Notes: generated by a model from the sequence alone, not told the origin. Shown: positions 42,455 through 54,233, numbered from the stretch's first letter. The stretch is DNA of 64,000 nucleotides from Rebecca billardiae RCC1528 (GCA_965240325.2 OZ251236.1:62001-126000); one strand, 5' to 3'. Numbers and translations: made by a program.

Positions 42455-43829
42455 ATGGCGTCGGGCCCTCCCGCCCCCGCCAAGAAGACGCCCTCGCTCG
42501 GCCAGCTCAGCCTGCCCGAGCGGCGAGCTGACAGCGGGCGCGTGCCGCACGCAGTGCGCTCGCCCGCCCCGCTCTCCGCCAGCGGCGCCCCGCGCACCGG
42601 CGCGCGCGGCCTCTCGGCGCAAGTGTCGGGCGGCGGCTCGGGCGCAGGCGGCGAGAGGCGGTGGGGCAGGCGCTCGTCGGTCCCGAAGCCGGCGACGGCG
42701 CTCGGGCTGGACGACCAGCAGCGCGAGCAGATCAGGCAGCTCTTCTACTACGTGGACACGCACCGGGAGGGCCTCATCTCCGCCGAGCACGCGCGCCAGC
42801 TCTGCTACAAGCTCGGGTGCGCGCGCGCCCGCGCCGCGCCTCAACGCGCGCGCCGCGCACGCAGCAGCGCGGCGCGCGCGGACCGAGGCTGACGCGCGGC
42901 CTCGCGACACGCGGCGGCGCAGCTACTCGGTCGATTTCGAGGACATGGACGAGAACGAGGGCCTCACCCTCGACGACCTGCTCGACGAGGTCGACTCGGC
43001 GTTCGCGCGCGCGCAGGGCGAGCCTGCGCTGCGGCTGGGGCAGGTCTTCTCACTCACGAGCGCGGACGGGCGGTACGCGACGGCGAAGGACCTGCGCCGC
43101 GTGGTCGAGATGGGGCACGTCGAGGCGTTGCACGCGTACGGCGGCGAGCTGCGCGACGAGGAGATCCTCTCGCTGCTCGACGCCATGGTGTACAACTACC
43201 GGTGCGCGCGCGCGCGCGCCGGCGCCGGCGCCGGCGCCGCGCCGCGCGCGCATCGCCATCGGCTGCGCCGCCAAGCGCCACAAAGCGCCGCCCGCGGGCG
43301 AGGGTGGGCGCCACGGACGCGCGCGCGCTGACGCGGCGCGGCGGCGCGCGCGCGCCCTGCGGCGCGGCGCAGGCCCGACGTGCAGCACGCCACCGAGGCC
43401 GAGTTTCACGACTTCCTCGGGTACACCGGCCCCCGCATCCTCCGGCTCAGGCAGCCGTTTGATGCGCCGGCCAACGAGACGATCGTGCACGACATTCTGA
43501 GGAACTCGACGCCGAGGCCGCCGCCCAAGCCGCGCAGCGCGACGGCGGCGGCGGGCGCGGGCGGGAGCCGGCCGGGCGGGCGGCCGCTGCTGCGCCGCGT
43601 CTCGCAGCTCGCGCTCGCCGAGCGCGACGCCGGCGGCGGCGCCGCGCCCGCAGGCGCGCCGGGCGGCGCCCCTCCGATCTCGGCCCAACCCAGCGCCGCC
43701 GACAACGCGAGCGGCACAGACGGCGGCACGGGCGTCGGCGCGCCGTCGGCTCGCGAGTCGACGGGCGCTGGCGGCGGGGAGGGCACGGACGCACCGGACG
43801 GCGCGTCGGAGGCTTCCGACCCGTGGTAG
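42455..43829 (+). CDS. Divergent EF-hand (calmodulin/centrin-like) protein; introns 42817-42922, 43202-43372
   Basis: LDDQQREQIRQLFYYVDTHREGLISAEHARQLCYKLG|Y; DENEGLTLDDLL; ELRDEEILSLLDAM; ATEAEFHDFL. Confidence 0.7.
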
Positions 43830-44668
43830 GCGCGCAGACCTGCGCGCGCCGCGCCGGCAGCTCCCAGGGACGGCGCGGCTGCAGCGCTCGCGCGGGTCGG
43901 ATTGTGCAATGTAGTGCGTCAGCAGCACAGTATCGCCTTTGATGGTTCCAACGCGTCAATCTGAAAGGAATAATATGCACGTAATGTAAAAGGGGGAGGC
44001 CGGATTCCGTATGTGCCAACTCGGTTGGCAGCCGGCCCGCCGACCAATAAGCCGACTGCAATCGAGCGGGTGCCAGCCGTGCAATGACCCATTGATGCCT
44101 GATGGCCCCCGCGGGCAGGCCACCGGCACCGATCATCGGGTCGGACGGTGATACTGACACGGACACGGCACTCCTCGGAGTTCTGGCGCGCCGTCAACCA
44201 GTCACTACGTCGTCCGCGCACACACATGGCGGCAGCCGCCCGCCATGCGGCGGCGGGCGGCTGCCGCGTGCCCGAGCCGCATGGCTCATTCCTAACGGGT
44301 AGCTCATAGGTAAGCCGTCTATGACCAAAGGACCATCAATAATGTTTTGGTCTGACGGTCTGAGCCGTCTGGGACTGGAGGCGGCGCGCGTATCAGGGGC
44401 AGACGTGCCGCCGATTGCGCCGAATGACATGGCCTGTACTCGGTCAGTGTCCGAGTCCGAGGCGCGGCGAAAGGCGGCGGCAAGCAAGGGCGCGCGGCGC
44501 AGAAGGGCGAGACGCGCTCCCTATCACCTGCCCCGCCGCGCGCGCCGCCTCCACAGGTATGGCGGGCCGTTTTGTGCGGTTGCAGGAGCTCGCGCCGTGC
44601 ACATCCACTCGTCCGGGGCCGGGCGGGCGCGGCAGGACAGGTCGAGGGTTCGTCCATCATATTATTAG

Positions 44669-44783
44669 GTTTCCCCTGCACATGATGACTTAATGAGTTA
44701 ATGTGCAGGGGAAACTGAATGTGAGCAAGATGTGAGGATAATGACTTAATGAGATAATGTGCAGGGGAAACTGAATGTGAGCA
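44669..44783. repeat. 15-bp perfect inverted repeat nested in a ~43-bp direct duplication
   Basis: GTTTCCCCTGCACAT (44669-44683) pairs with ATGTGCAGGGGAAAC (44701-44715). 44685-44728 is repeated at 44741-44783. Confidence 0.9.
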
Positions 44784-45218
44784 GTGGCGAATATTCAATA
44801 GATCCGTCGATCCTGGCCTCAATCAGGGGTTAATCAATCCCTGCGGTTGTGAGGGAAGTACCCCTTTCTGTATGTGCCTGAGTATTACCACTCGGTTCCT
44901 ATCGTAACTTCCAGAACAAAGTCAGTGAGTTCGTCAACCAACCCGAACGGGATGCGCACCTTCCACTTTTATGATTGGCCGATGCCCAAAAGACGTACTT
45001 GCCTGACGTACCTCAGATCCCATACGCGCGCGATGCTTGCTATACCTTCCCAAATCATCTTGCTTACGACCGATAGACTGCACATGATGACTGGGGACCG
45101 CAGCGGTTCGGCATGGGGGACCTTTACCCGCTCCCACATCTCGCTGATGACCAGGCGTGCGACACATTGCAACCTCGCCAGGGCGTTCGACGCCCGCACG
45201 AGACCAGCATCAGGCGCG

Positions 45219-45728
45219 ATGTCATCCATTGAACAGACGATCGGGTGGATCCTCCTCGGCATCTTCGAGGTCATCTTCTTCGGGATGGTCGCGGAGAAGC
45301 TGCGCAGGAGCTTCGCCGCGCACAAGAAAAAGGGGTTGGAGCTGCTCGCGAAGAACTTGAAGCGGCTCGTCGTGAAGGACTCGGCGGTGAACACGATCTG
45401 CCATGGCGCCAAGCTCGTGCTCTCCGGACTGGCGCGCCCGGAGCCCGACGTGGCGGTGGGAGAGGAGGTCGCGCTCGTGACGAGGAAGGGCGAGACTGTC
45501 GCGCTGGGCGTCGCGCGGATGACCACCGCCGACATGGCCGCCGCGCACTGCGAACAGGAGGGCGTGGTCGCCAACATCAACCGAGTGATCATGGACCGTG
45601 ACACGTACCCGCTCAAGCAGCACAAGTCTGAGGGGCTTTTGACGAGGGAAAAGAAGTCGTCCAGTGTGTGGCAGGGAGAGTTGGCGACGACAACGGTGCG
45701 GCAGGTGGCGGCTACACAAGCTGAATGA
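45219..45728 (+). CDS. Transmembrane helix fused to a Cbf5/dyskerin-derived PUA domain
   Basis: IGWILLGIFEVIFFGMVA, then KRLVVKDSAVNTICHGAKLVLSGL...GEEVALVTRKGETVALGVARMTT...GVVANINRVIMDRDTYP, matching the Cbf5 PUA region. No TruB catalytic domain. Confidence 0.75.
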   Translation: MSSIEQTIGWILLGIFEVIFFGMVAEKLRRSFAAHKKKGLELLAKNLKRLVVKDSAVNTICHGAKLVLSGLARPEPDVAVGEEVALVTRKGETVALGVARMTTADMAAAHCEQEGVVANINRVIMDRDTYPLKQHKSEGLLTREKKSSSVWQGELATTTVRQVAATQAE

Positions 45729-46096
45729 GGGAGTGAACTCCAGGGCAGCAGCTCCGGGACCGTCGGACCGGCGTGAGCAGTGCCGGCGTGGCCGCCGGCC
45801 ACTCACCGTCAGACCGCGCGTGCCGGCCGCCAGTGTGCGCTGCCGGGGGCGCGTGGCGTCATCCTGAGGCAACTGCGAGGTTCGATGCCGTCACACACTG
45901 ACGCAATAGCGTAGTGAGCATGCCCAGCGCACATCTGGCGGTACTAGGCGGCACCAACCGGCAGGAGCGGACAGCGGTGACCCGGCTTCCCGCCTCCGCC
46001 CCGGCCGCGGATGCATCCGATCTCGAGATCGAGAACTTGAAACCGCCACGCGCGAGGACGGCCAGCCGCTTGTGGCGCCGCCGGACGTCATCGGCC

Positions 46097-48442
46097 ATGC
46101 GCAGCCGCGTGCCCATCATCGTCGCGTGCCTCGCGCTGCTCGCCGGCGGTGCGCTCGGCGCGTGCCCGCGCGCGGGCGAGCTGCCCGCCGACCACCCGCC
46201 GGTCCTCGCGCGCGCGCTCTCCTCCGCGCCCTCGAGCGGCCGCGCGCCCGCCGCCGCCGCCCGCTCTGAGTACGAAGCCGCGGTGCGTGCGCTGCCGCTC
46301 GAGGCGGTGAAGGCCGACCTGCGCGCGCTCTTCACCGCGTCGCGGCCCGAGTGGCCCGCCGACTACGGGCACTACGGCCCGCTCTTCGTGCGCCTCGCGT
46401 GGCACTGCTCGGGCTCGTACCGCGTGTCGGACGGTCGCGGCGGCTGCGAGGGCGGGCGGCAGCGCTTCGACCCGGAGCGCTCGTGGGCGGACAACACGAA
46501 CCTGGACAAGGCGCGCGCGCTGCTCTGGCCGCTGAAGAAGAAGTACGGCCTCGGCCTCTCGTGGGGCGACCTCTTCGTCCTCGCGGGCACCACCGCCGTC
46601 GAGGCGATGGGCGGCCCGACGCTCGGCTTCTGCGCCGGCCGCGTCGACGACGACGACGGCGGCGCGAGCGAGCCGCTCGGCCCGTCGGCGGCGCAGGAGG
46701 CGCGGTGGCCGTGCCGCGTGAACGGCACGTGCGTCTCGCCGCTCGGCTCGACCACCGTCGGCCTCATCTACGTCAACCCCGAGGGCCCGATGGGCGCGCC
46801 GCACCCGGCCGGCAGCGCGGCCGAGGTGCGCGACACGTTTCGTCGCATGTCAATGAACGACTCTGAAACGGTCGCGCTGATCGGCGGCGGGCACTCGTTC
46901 GGCAAGGCGCACGGGGCGTGCCCCGCCGGCGCGGGGCCGAGCCCGCGCGACGACCCGGCGAGCCCGTGGCCCGGCCGCTGCGGCACCGGCCGCGGCGCCG
47001 ACGCATTCACCTCGGGCATCGAGGGGCCATGGACGCCCGAGCCGACGCGCTGGGATTACTCCTACTTCCCTACGCTGCTGGCGCATAAGTGGGTCAAGCA
47101 CCGCGGGCCGGGGGGCGCGTGGCAGTGGCGCGTGGCGGAGGGCGGCGGCGACGACGCGCCCTCCGCGCCCGCCGCGCACGGCCCCGGTCGGCAGCCCACC
47201 ATGATGCTCACCTCCGATCTCTCGCTCGCTGCTGACCCGGCCTACCACGAGCTAGCGGCGAGCTTTGCGTCGGACCGAAAGCGCTTCGACGACGCGTGGA
47301 GCCACGCGTGGTACAAGCTGACGACGCGCGACATGGGCCCGCGGAGCCGGTGCGTGGGCGCGCTCGTGCCGCCCGCGCAGCCGTGGCAGCACCCGCTCCC
47401 GCCGCCGCCCGCCGAGCCCGCCGACTTTGGCGCCGTGGCGAAGGCGGTGCGCTCGCTGCTCGCCGCCGCCGCCGCCGCCGAGCCGGCGGCCGGCGGCCTG
47501 TCCGGCGGCGCGGCCGGCGGCGCGGGCGCGGGCGCGGGCGAGGGCGCGGGCGGGCCGCCGCCGCTCGTCGCCGCGGCCGCCGGCGCGTCGGCCCCCGCCG
47601 CCGCGAGCCCCGCCGCCCTGCTCGCGCGCCTCGCGTACCGCTGCGCCGCCACCTTCCGCGCGACCGACTGGCGCGGCGGGTGCGACGGCGCCCGCATCCG
47701 GCACGAGCCCGAGGCGTCGTGGCCGGCGAACGCCGGCCTCGGCGAGGCGCTCGAGCTGCTGCGGCCGGTGAAGAAGGCGTTCGGCGAGCGGCTGTCGTGG
47801 GCGGACCTGATCGTGCTCGCGGGCTCCGAGGCGGTGCGCGCGGCGGGCGCGCCGCACGCCCCCTTCTGCCCCGGCCGCACCGACGCGGCCGACGGCTCCG
47901 CGTCCAAGCCTCTCGCCCCAGTGCTGTCGGACGCGCCCGGCGGCACGGTCGGCGACCTCCGGGAGGCGATCTCGCTGAGTGGCCTCTCGGCGCGCGAGTG
48001 GGTGGCGCTGCGCGGGCTGCGCTCGCTCGGGGAGGCGCACCCGCCGTACGCCGGCGCGTCCACGCTCACGCCGCACGCCCTCTCCGCCGCCTACTTTTCA
48101 AACCTGATTGAGCTGCGCTGGACGGCGCACACGGTACGCGCCACCGGCGCGCGGGAGTACCGCGCGCGCGACGGCCGCGCGGGCACGCCCCTGTACATGC
48201 TGCACTCCGACCTGCTGCTCACGCTCGACGCGGAGCTGCTCGCGCTGGTGATGGAGTACGCCGCGGACGAGCGCGCGTGGCTGCACGCCTTCGCCGCCGC
48301 GTGGGTCAAGCTGATGAACCTCGACCGCTTCGACGGCCCGGTGCGCAACGCGTGCGACGACGTCGACGAGGGCGCGGGCGGCGCCGACGACGACGGCCGT
48401 CGTCCTGGCGGCCACGGCGGCGGCGACGCGTCGGCCCGCTGA
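46097..48442 (+). CDS. katG: Catalase-peroxidase with N-terminal signal peptide, intronless
   Basis: WPADYGHYGPLFVRLAWH, RF.PE.SWADN.NLDKAR, SWGDL, GLIYVNPEG, TFRRMSMND, GGHSFGKAHG, TSGIEG.WT, AWYKLTTRDMGP. Duplicated C-terminal domain ending KLMNLDRFD. Confidence 0.95.
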   Translation: MRSRVPIIVACLALLAGGALGACPRAGELPADHPPVLARALSSAPSSGRAPAAAARSEYEAAVRALPLEAVKADLRALFTASRPEWPADYGHYGPLFVRLAWHCSGSYRVSDGRGGCEGGRQRFDPERSWADNTNLDKARALLWPLKKKYGLGLSWGDLFVLAGTTAVEAMGGPTLGFCAGRVDDDDGGASEPLGPSAAQEARWPCRVNGTCVSPLGSTTVGLIYVNPEGPMGAPHPAGSAAEVRDTFRRMSMNDSETVALIGGGHSFGKAHGACPAGAGPSPRDDPASPWPGRCGTGRGADAFTSGIEGPWTPEPTRWDYSYFPTLLAHKWVKHRGPGGAWQWRVAEGGGDDAPSAPAAHGPGRQPTMMLTSDLSLAADPAYHELAASFASDRKRFDDAWSHAWYKLTTRDMGPRSRCVGALVPPAQPWQHPLPPPPAEPADFGAVAKAVRSLLAAAAAAEPAAGGLSGGAAGGAGAGAGEGAGGPPPLVAAAAGASAPAAASPAALLARLAYRCAATFRATDWRGGCDGARIRHEPEASWPANAGLGEALELLRPVKKAFGERLSWADLIVLAGSEAVRAAGAPHAPFCPGRTDAADGSASKPLAPVLSDAPGGTVGDLREAISLSGLSAREWVALRGLRSLGEAHPPYAGASTLTPHALSAAYFSNLIELRWTAHTVRATGAREYRARDGRAGTPLYMLHSDLLLTLDAELLALVMEYAADERAWLHAFAAAWVKLMNLDRFDGPVRNACDDVDEGAGGADDDGRRPGGHGGGDASAR

Positions 48443-49376
48443 GGCGCGGGCTGACGAGGCTGGGAGTGCTACGACGCGGTGCGGCGTCGTCGCCGGCGGT
48501 GGCGTCTGATATCCATAGTGCGCTGCTGCGCGCAGGACGGTAGTAGCACGGAGCACCGCGCCGCGCGACCGTACCGGCGGTGCGCGCCGCGCGCCGCCGC
48601 CGCGCTACTGTACCTGCTCTCAGAGTCCAAAACATCCGCCGCCAAGACAAGTGACATCATGCAGCAACGCGCATCATGCGGCGGCATCCGCCGAGCTCGC
48701 GGGGCTGATGCGGCGCGGCGCTGACAATCGATCCGCCCGCCTGACTACGACGCGATATGACGACGCGATATGATGATCGCCATGACTCATCAGTGACTCC
48801 AGCCGCCGTATACGGTTACGGTATACGTACTACTAATAATAACGGTATATATTATATATTACGGTAGTACTAGCTTATATATATATATATACCTATAACT
48901 TACCGCCGAACTAGTAGTGCGCTCATATATGATATATCATCAGCCCGCGCGGATCGGGATTCGGGATCAGTGCTGGCGGCCATGCGTCGTGACCGAGCTG
49001 AGCAGTCGTCAGATACGCGCGTATAGCACGCCTACAGCACTGCTGCTAACGAGCTGTCTAGTAGCAGTATAGTACTCTCCATCCAGGCGGTGCCGCCGTG
49101 CCGGTGCCAGCGAGACGACCGCACGGCCGGCAGGCGTCACGGACACGCGGCGCCAGCCCGGCACGGCGGACGCACGGGACCGGCGGTCCGAGCACGGCTG
49201 CTGGTCGACTGCGGCGCTGATGCCGTCACTCCGCCAGCAGGCGGCACCGACGCCGGGCGCCGCGTGCACCCGCAGCGGCACCGCCGCCTCCGCAGAGGCG
49301 GCCCGCGGCCGCCCCGCCGGGCCACCGGACGGCGCGCAGCTGCGCGCGCCGCCGCACGGCTTCGAGGCGCCGGCTG

Positions 49377-51443
49377 CTACTGCGCCTTGGCCGAGGCCGC
49401 CTTGGCGGGGCGGCGGCCGAGCGCGTACATGTGGCGCAGCGTCGAGGCGAGGTTGGACCAGACAGTCTGCCGCGGCGCGGCCGGCGCGCGCACGGCGCGC
49501 GGGGGCCGCGCGTCAGCACGCGCCTGCACGGCCAGCTACGGCGATTTCGGGTGCGCCGCCGCGCGCGCGCGCAATCGCGACAGACACGCCCGAAGCGCGG
49601 GCGCGGGCGAGACGGCGGCGCGCGCGCGCACCGGGTAGTGTTTGTACTTGAGGCCGCGCGCCTCGATCTCGGCGCGCACGAGCGGCGCGAGCCGCGCGTA
49701 GTACCCGTGGTGCACGCGCGGGAAGAGGTGGTGCTCGATCTGGTAGTTGAGTCCGCCGTTGAGAACACCGAGCCAGCTGCCGCCAACGTTGGATGACGTC
49801 TCCACCTGCCGCTGCACGAACGTGGCTGAGCGCGGCAGCGAGGTGGGGCCGCCGTCCGGGCCGACGCTCGCCACGCCCTGCGCGACGCGGCGGGGGCGGC
49901 GAGGCCACCACAGGCCGTGAGCGCGCCGCAGACAGCGCGGGGCGCGCGAGCCGCGCCGCAGCGCCACACGGCGCGGCGGCGGCGGGCCGCACCCGCCGTT
50001 GCGCCCGCCGCGCGCCGCGCGTCGCGTCGCACCTCAAAGTTGTGCGAGATGAAGAAGAAGAAGGCGAGGTAGAAGCTGCCCGTCATCACCGTCGCGGCGA
50101 TGCACACCGCCGTGTGCACGCTCGGCTGCAAGTACAGCGGCAGCGCGACGAACCGCGCCCAGAACGCCAGCTTGAGCAGCAGGGACGGGTAAAACAGGTA
50201 GCCCGCGAGCCCGCTGATTGGCTCGCCCTCCCACCGCCAGCCCACCAGCTCGGTGATGTCGAGGAAGAGCAGCTTGAACGCGTACATCGCCTCGCCCTGC
50301 ATGCACAGCACAGCACAGCCCAGCACAGCCCAGCACAGCACAGCACAGCACAGCACAGCCCAGCACAACAGCACGGGCGGTCGTCGGAGAGGCCGGGCGC
50401 GCGTGAGGCGCCGAAGCGGCCAGCCCCCGTGGCGGGTCCGGCGGTGCGCGGGGCGCGCGGTGCGCGTGGCGTGGGCGCGCCGTGCGCAGCGGTGCGCACG
50501 CACCGGCAGCAGGTAGAGGTGCTGCAGCCAGTGGTGGGGCGACCAACTGTCAGTCGGCTTCAGCCGCAGCGCGCCGTGCGCCTGGGCAAGCGCGGCGGGC
50601 GTGTCCGGCGTGTCCGGTGTCCGGGTGTGAGCGGTGTGTGAGCGGTGTGCGTGTGCGGCCGTGTGTGCGCGGTGGGCCCCCCGCTTCGCCCCGCCCCTGC
50701 CTCCCGCCGCTCCCTCCGCGGCCCCTCCGTGCGCCGTGCGCGCACGCGGCGCCCCGCCTCACCTTCTGGTCAGGGTCGTCCTCGACGTCGTTGGTGTGCA
50801 GGTGGTGCATCACGACGTGCTCCTGGAGCCACAGGATCATGTTCCCGCCGATCCAGTCCTGGCACAGCCCGAGCGCCAGGTTCACGCCCGGACGCTTCGA
50901 GAGCGCGCCGTGGTTCGCGTCATGCTGAATGTTGAGACCGATCAGCGCAAAGAGCCAGCCGAGCAGGATGGACGGGAGGAGGCGCTTGCCCGCGTAGAGC
51001 ATGGACGCCTCGATCGCGACGGCCGAACCGAGGATCAGCCCCGCCTTCGCCCAGTACGACGCGGGCGCGAACCCGCTCCCGACCTCGGGCAGCTGCTTGG
51101 CGATGCGCGCGCATAGAGCCAGGTACCCCTCGTCAGCGGCGACCGGCTTCTCTGTGGGCGCGAGTGCGCCGACGTGGAAGCGCGCCATGCGCGACTTGGG
51201 CCACGCGCGCCGGTGGTACTCCATGAACGCCTCGGTCGCGTCGCGCCCGCCGAACAGCGAGACGAAGTGCGCGCCGCCCGGGTGCTCGGAGCGGAACGCC
51301 TTGGCGTCGTACACGGCGTCGCCGACGATGGTGAGGTCCGGGCGCCCGGACACGTCCTTGCGCGTGAAGGCGTGCGCGTCGGCGGGGTCGATGTCGGGCA
51401 CGCCCGCGCTCGGGCCGTTGCTCCGGCTCGCGCTCGGCGGCAT
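49377..51443 (-). CDS. Delta-4 fatty acid (front-end) desaturase, 5 exons
   Basis: Cytochrome b5 HPGG, His boxes HDANH, HVVMHH and QIEHHLFP. Close resemblance to recalled Pavlova/Rebecca delta-4 desaturases (RPDLTIVGD.VYDAKAFR.EHPGGAHFVSLFGGRDATEAFMEYH). Stop at 49379-49377 after ...AKAQ. Confidence 0.92.
50304..50373. repeat. (CAGCA/CAGCC)n pentanucleotide repeat in a desaturase intron
   Basis: Direct reading. Confidence 0.85.
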
Positions 51444-51795
51444 GCTCGCTGTGCGCCTGGGGCCGCGCGCGCCACGCCCAACTGCAGCTGCTTCGCGCTG
51501 CGTCTCCGGGGCCGCGCCCGAATCTTCAAGCGGCTCAGTCGCCCAATCAGGACCGGGCGCGAGGCGCAAGATGCTGCCGCGGTTGGCCCGCGCTGCTGCG
51601 CAGCAACGGGCTGCTCACCACTCACCTGCAAAGCAGGAGTTCGCGCGCATTCTCACCGGACTTTCATCCTCGGCGCCAAACCGGCCGCCATTATTGCTGC
51701 CGTCACGACTGGGCTGGGGAGGCTCAGTGTGGGGCTCCAGATCGCTGTTACGCTGGGCTCACGGGCGGGCCCACGCACACGCGCGCGCGGCGACC

Positions 51796-52656
51796 ATGTC
51801 GATGGCGCGCGCCGAGCACGGCAACCTGCCGGACTGGCGCGACCTCTCGACGGTGCGCGGGCAGCGGTACTGGAACGAGATGGTCGGCCAGGAGCTGCGC
51901 ATCCGCGGCTCGTGGCTCGTCGAGCACGACTCGCGCACGCGCTCCAAGGCGCTGCTCAAATTGCTTGGGCCGTCGCAGACGCCGCGCGAGCCGCTGACGA
52001 CGAGCGTGAGCAAGCGGACGGGGCAGTGGGAGGTGCGACGGCTGGACACGCGGCCCTTCACGCCGCACCGCTACGGCGCGGCCACGCCCTTCGCGCCGCT
52101 CACGCCGTACGAGGCGAGCCTGAAGCAATGGCTGCTCGACGGCGGCGGCGGCGGAGACGGCGGCGGCGGCGCCGACGCGGGCGCGCCGGCGAGCGACGGC
52201 TCGGCGGCGGGCGGCGGCGGGCGGCCTGCGCTGCTCATGTCCACCATGCCGCGCGTCGGCGAGCGCCCGCGCCCGAGCACGCACCACGCGCGCCACACCT
52301 CCGACCTCGAGCTCTCGGCAGCCGATCTCTTCTCAACCCTGCCGCCCGGCCCGGGCGGGATGCCGCCCACGACGCCGCCCGCCGCCGCGCGGCTGCGCGC
52401 GTCGGCGGGCGCGGGGTCGGCGGGTGGGCGCGTGTCGACGGCGGGCGCGTCCACCCAGTTCGACCGCTCCCGCCGCCGCTCGACGATGGAGCGCGCCGCG
52501 CGGAGCGTGCACGCGCAACGAGCAGAGGAGCGGAGGCAGCAGTTGATGGAGGGGGCGGCGGGCGCGCCGCGGCGGTACGACGGCAGCCGGCCGCCGCCGC
52601 CGCCGCTTGACCGTGCGGTGGGGCAGGGCGGGAGGGGGCTGTACCGCCGGCCGTGA
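51796..52656 (+). CDS. Hypothetical protein
   Basis: ATG in ACCATG context, host-like codon usage, ordered N-terminal block (WRDLSTVRGQRYWNEMVGQELRIRGSW). Divergent from the desaturase. Confidence 0.55.
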   Translation: MSMARAEHGNLPDWRDLSTVRGQRYWNEMVGQELRIRGSWLVEHDSRTRSKALLKLLGPSQTPREPLTTSVSKRTGQWEVRRLDTRPFTPHRYGAATPFAPLTPYEASLKQWLLDGGGGGDGGGGADAGAPASDGSAAGGGGRPALLMSTMPRVGERPRPSTHHARHTSDLELSAADLFSTLPPGPGGMPPTTPPAAARLRASAGAGSAGGRVSTAGASTQFDRSRRRSTMERAARSVHAQRAEERRQQLMEGAAGAPRRYDGSRPPPPPLDRAVGQGGRGLYRRP

Positions 52657-54219
52657 GCGCCGCCGCTCGGCGCGCGCGCCGTGCGCCGCGCCGCGCCGGG
52701 GACGGCCGTCCGGCGCGCGCGGCGCGCTCATCGCTGGACTCACAGTGGCCGCTTGTCTGGGCGCGGCCTGGCTGGCTGCCTGTTGCCACGAGGCGCTGGC
52801 CCGGGGCTGTCGACGCGAATCGGCCGCGCCGCCGACGCAGAGGGCATGGCCGCACGGGGCGAGCTCTGCTGGCAGCAGTGTCGCGGCTCAGTGACAGTGG
52901 CAGTGAGTCGAACTTATTGCTCAGAGACAGATATCTGAAAGAGGACGCCAGCGCATGATTCATTATTATTATATGCTGATAAGAAGTGTGGCTGGTAGTG
53001 GCCCCGGCTTCGATCGTCAGTGAATCGTAGTCTGTGCATGAATCGTCAGCGGCACTCTTTGGACCAAACTGAGTTTGCTGGAGTTCAGGAGTACGGCCGT
53101 TGCCGGTTCAGATTCACTCACATTCGGCCCGGCACGTACGCGGGTCACGGGGCCGGTCACACGACTCGGCGGGCACTGCGCGGCACCTCGGACCTCCGTT
53201 GTAGACACGTACTTAAATAATACAGCAGCATGCAGTGATCTACGCTAAAATTCACTGCTGCTAAACAACTAACGGCGGTGCCGCAGGCCCGCGGAGCCCC
53301 TCACCCGGGCGGTCCGCCGGCCGCCAGTGCACCGCTCAGGCCGGCCCGACGGTTAGGGCTCCGACGGTTTCCGATTGGGGCGCTCAGACTCGCGCCGTTC
53401 AGAGACGGGCCGCGCGGCGCCCGATCGTCCGTGCTGCCGCACGCCGGTCACCGCCGGACCGTCCGACCGATCACCGAACCGCCTGATTGATGTCACCGGT
53501 CGGCGTCGATCCGTCGCCGCGGAATTCAATTCGGTTTACACGTGAGCTCAGCAGCCTCGGCCCGGGCTCACTGCCAGCTGTCACACACGTGCGTGCGGTC
53601 TGACCGATGCCAGCATGGCCGACGGCGAAGCAGGGATGATGATGTCAAATATTTCCCATACCCATCGCATCGAAGCGAAAAAGCTGACCTTTGAATGTCC
53701 TAGGGGCGCACGCGCGCCCATCATCGGCTCGTCAGAGAGTTGACGGCGCCCTTAGTAGGCGCGGTGGCGGGCCGGCATGAGATCCGGACGGACTCACGAA
53801 TTCATTAGTCGACGAAGCTGAGGCGGGCATGCATGCGCGTCGCGCGCTTATTATATTCGATCATCAGCATCAGCATATCATTATTATAAATATTATTAGT
53901 ATTATTATTTATTCGGATTTCGTCGTCGCGGTCATGCTGCCCGGCCACGGTCCGTCAGCCCGTCTCAGCAGCCGCCGAGTGCATTATAAAAACCGAGTTA
54001 TTTATATTATTATTAAGTACATGCTGATGATGATCCGGGTCATATCAGCAGCGACACTGTCCGCCCGGTATTAACAGACTCCCGGCAGGTTGACAGGTTC
54101 GATTCGCGCGCCGAGTGGCGAGACGTCTCTCGGATGGACTCTACTCATCTCTAGCTGGAGTCTCAGTCTGGGTGGGGGCGTCAGCGCCCGACAGCGGTCC
54201 GTGTGCCAGCAGGCCGCCA

Positions 54220-54233
54220 CTCTCTCTCTCTTA

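Noticed and set aside
30327-45728. Pseudouridylation gene cluster (RluA plus Cbf5 PUA)
   Set aside because: Different families 14 kb apart with unrelated genes between; no evidence of linkage.
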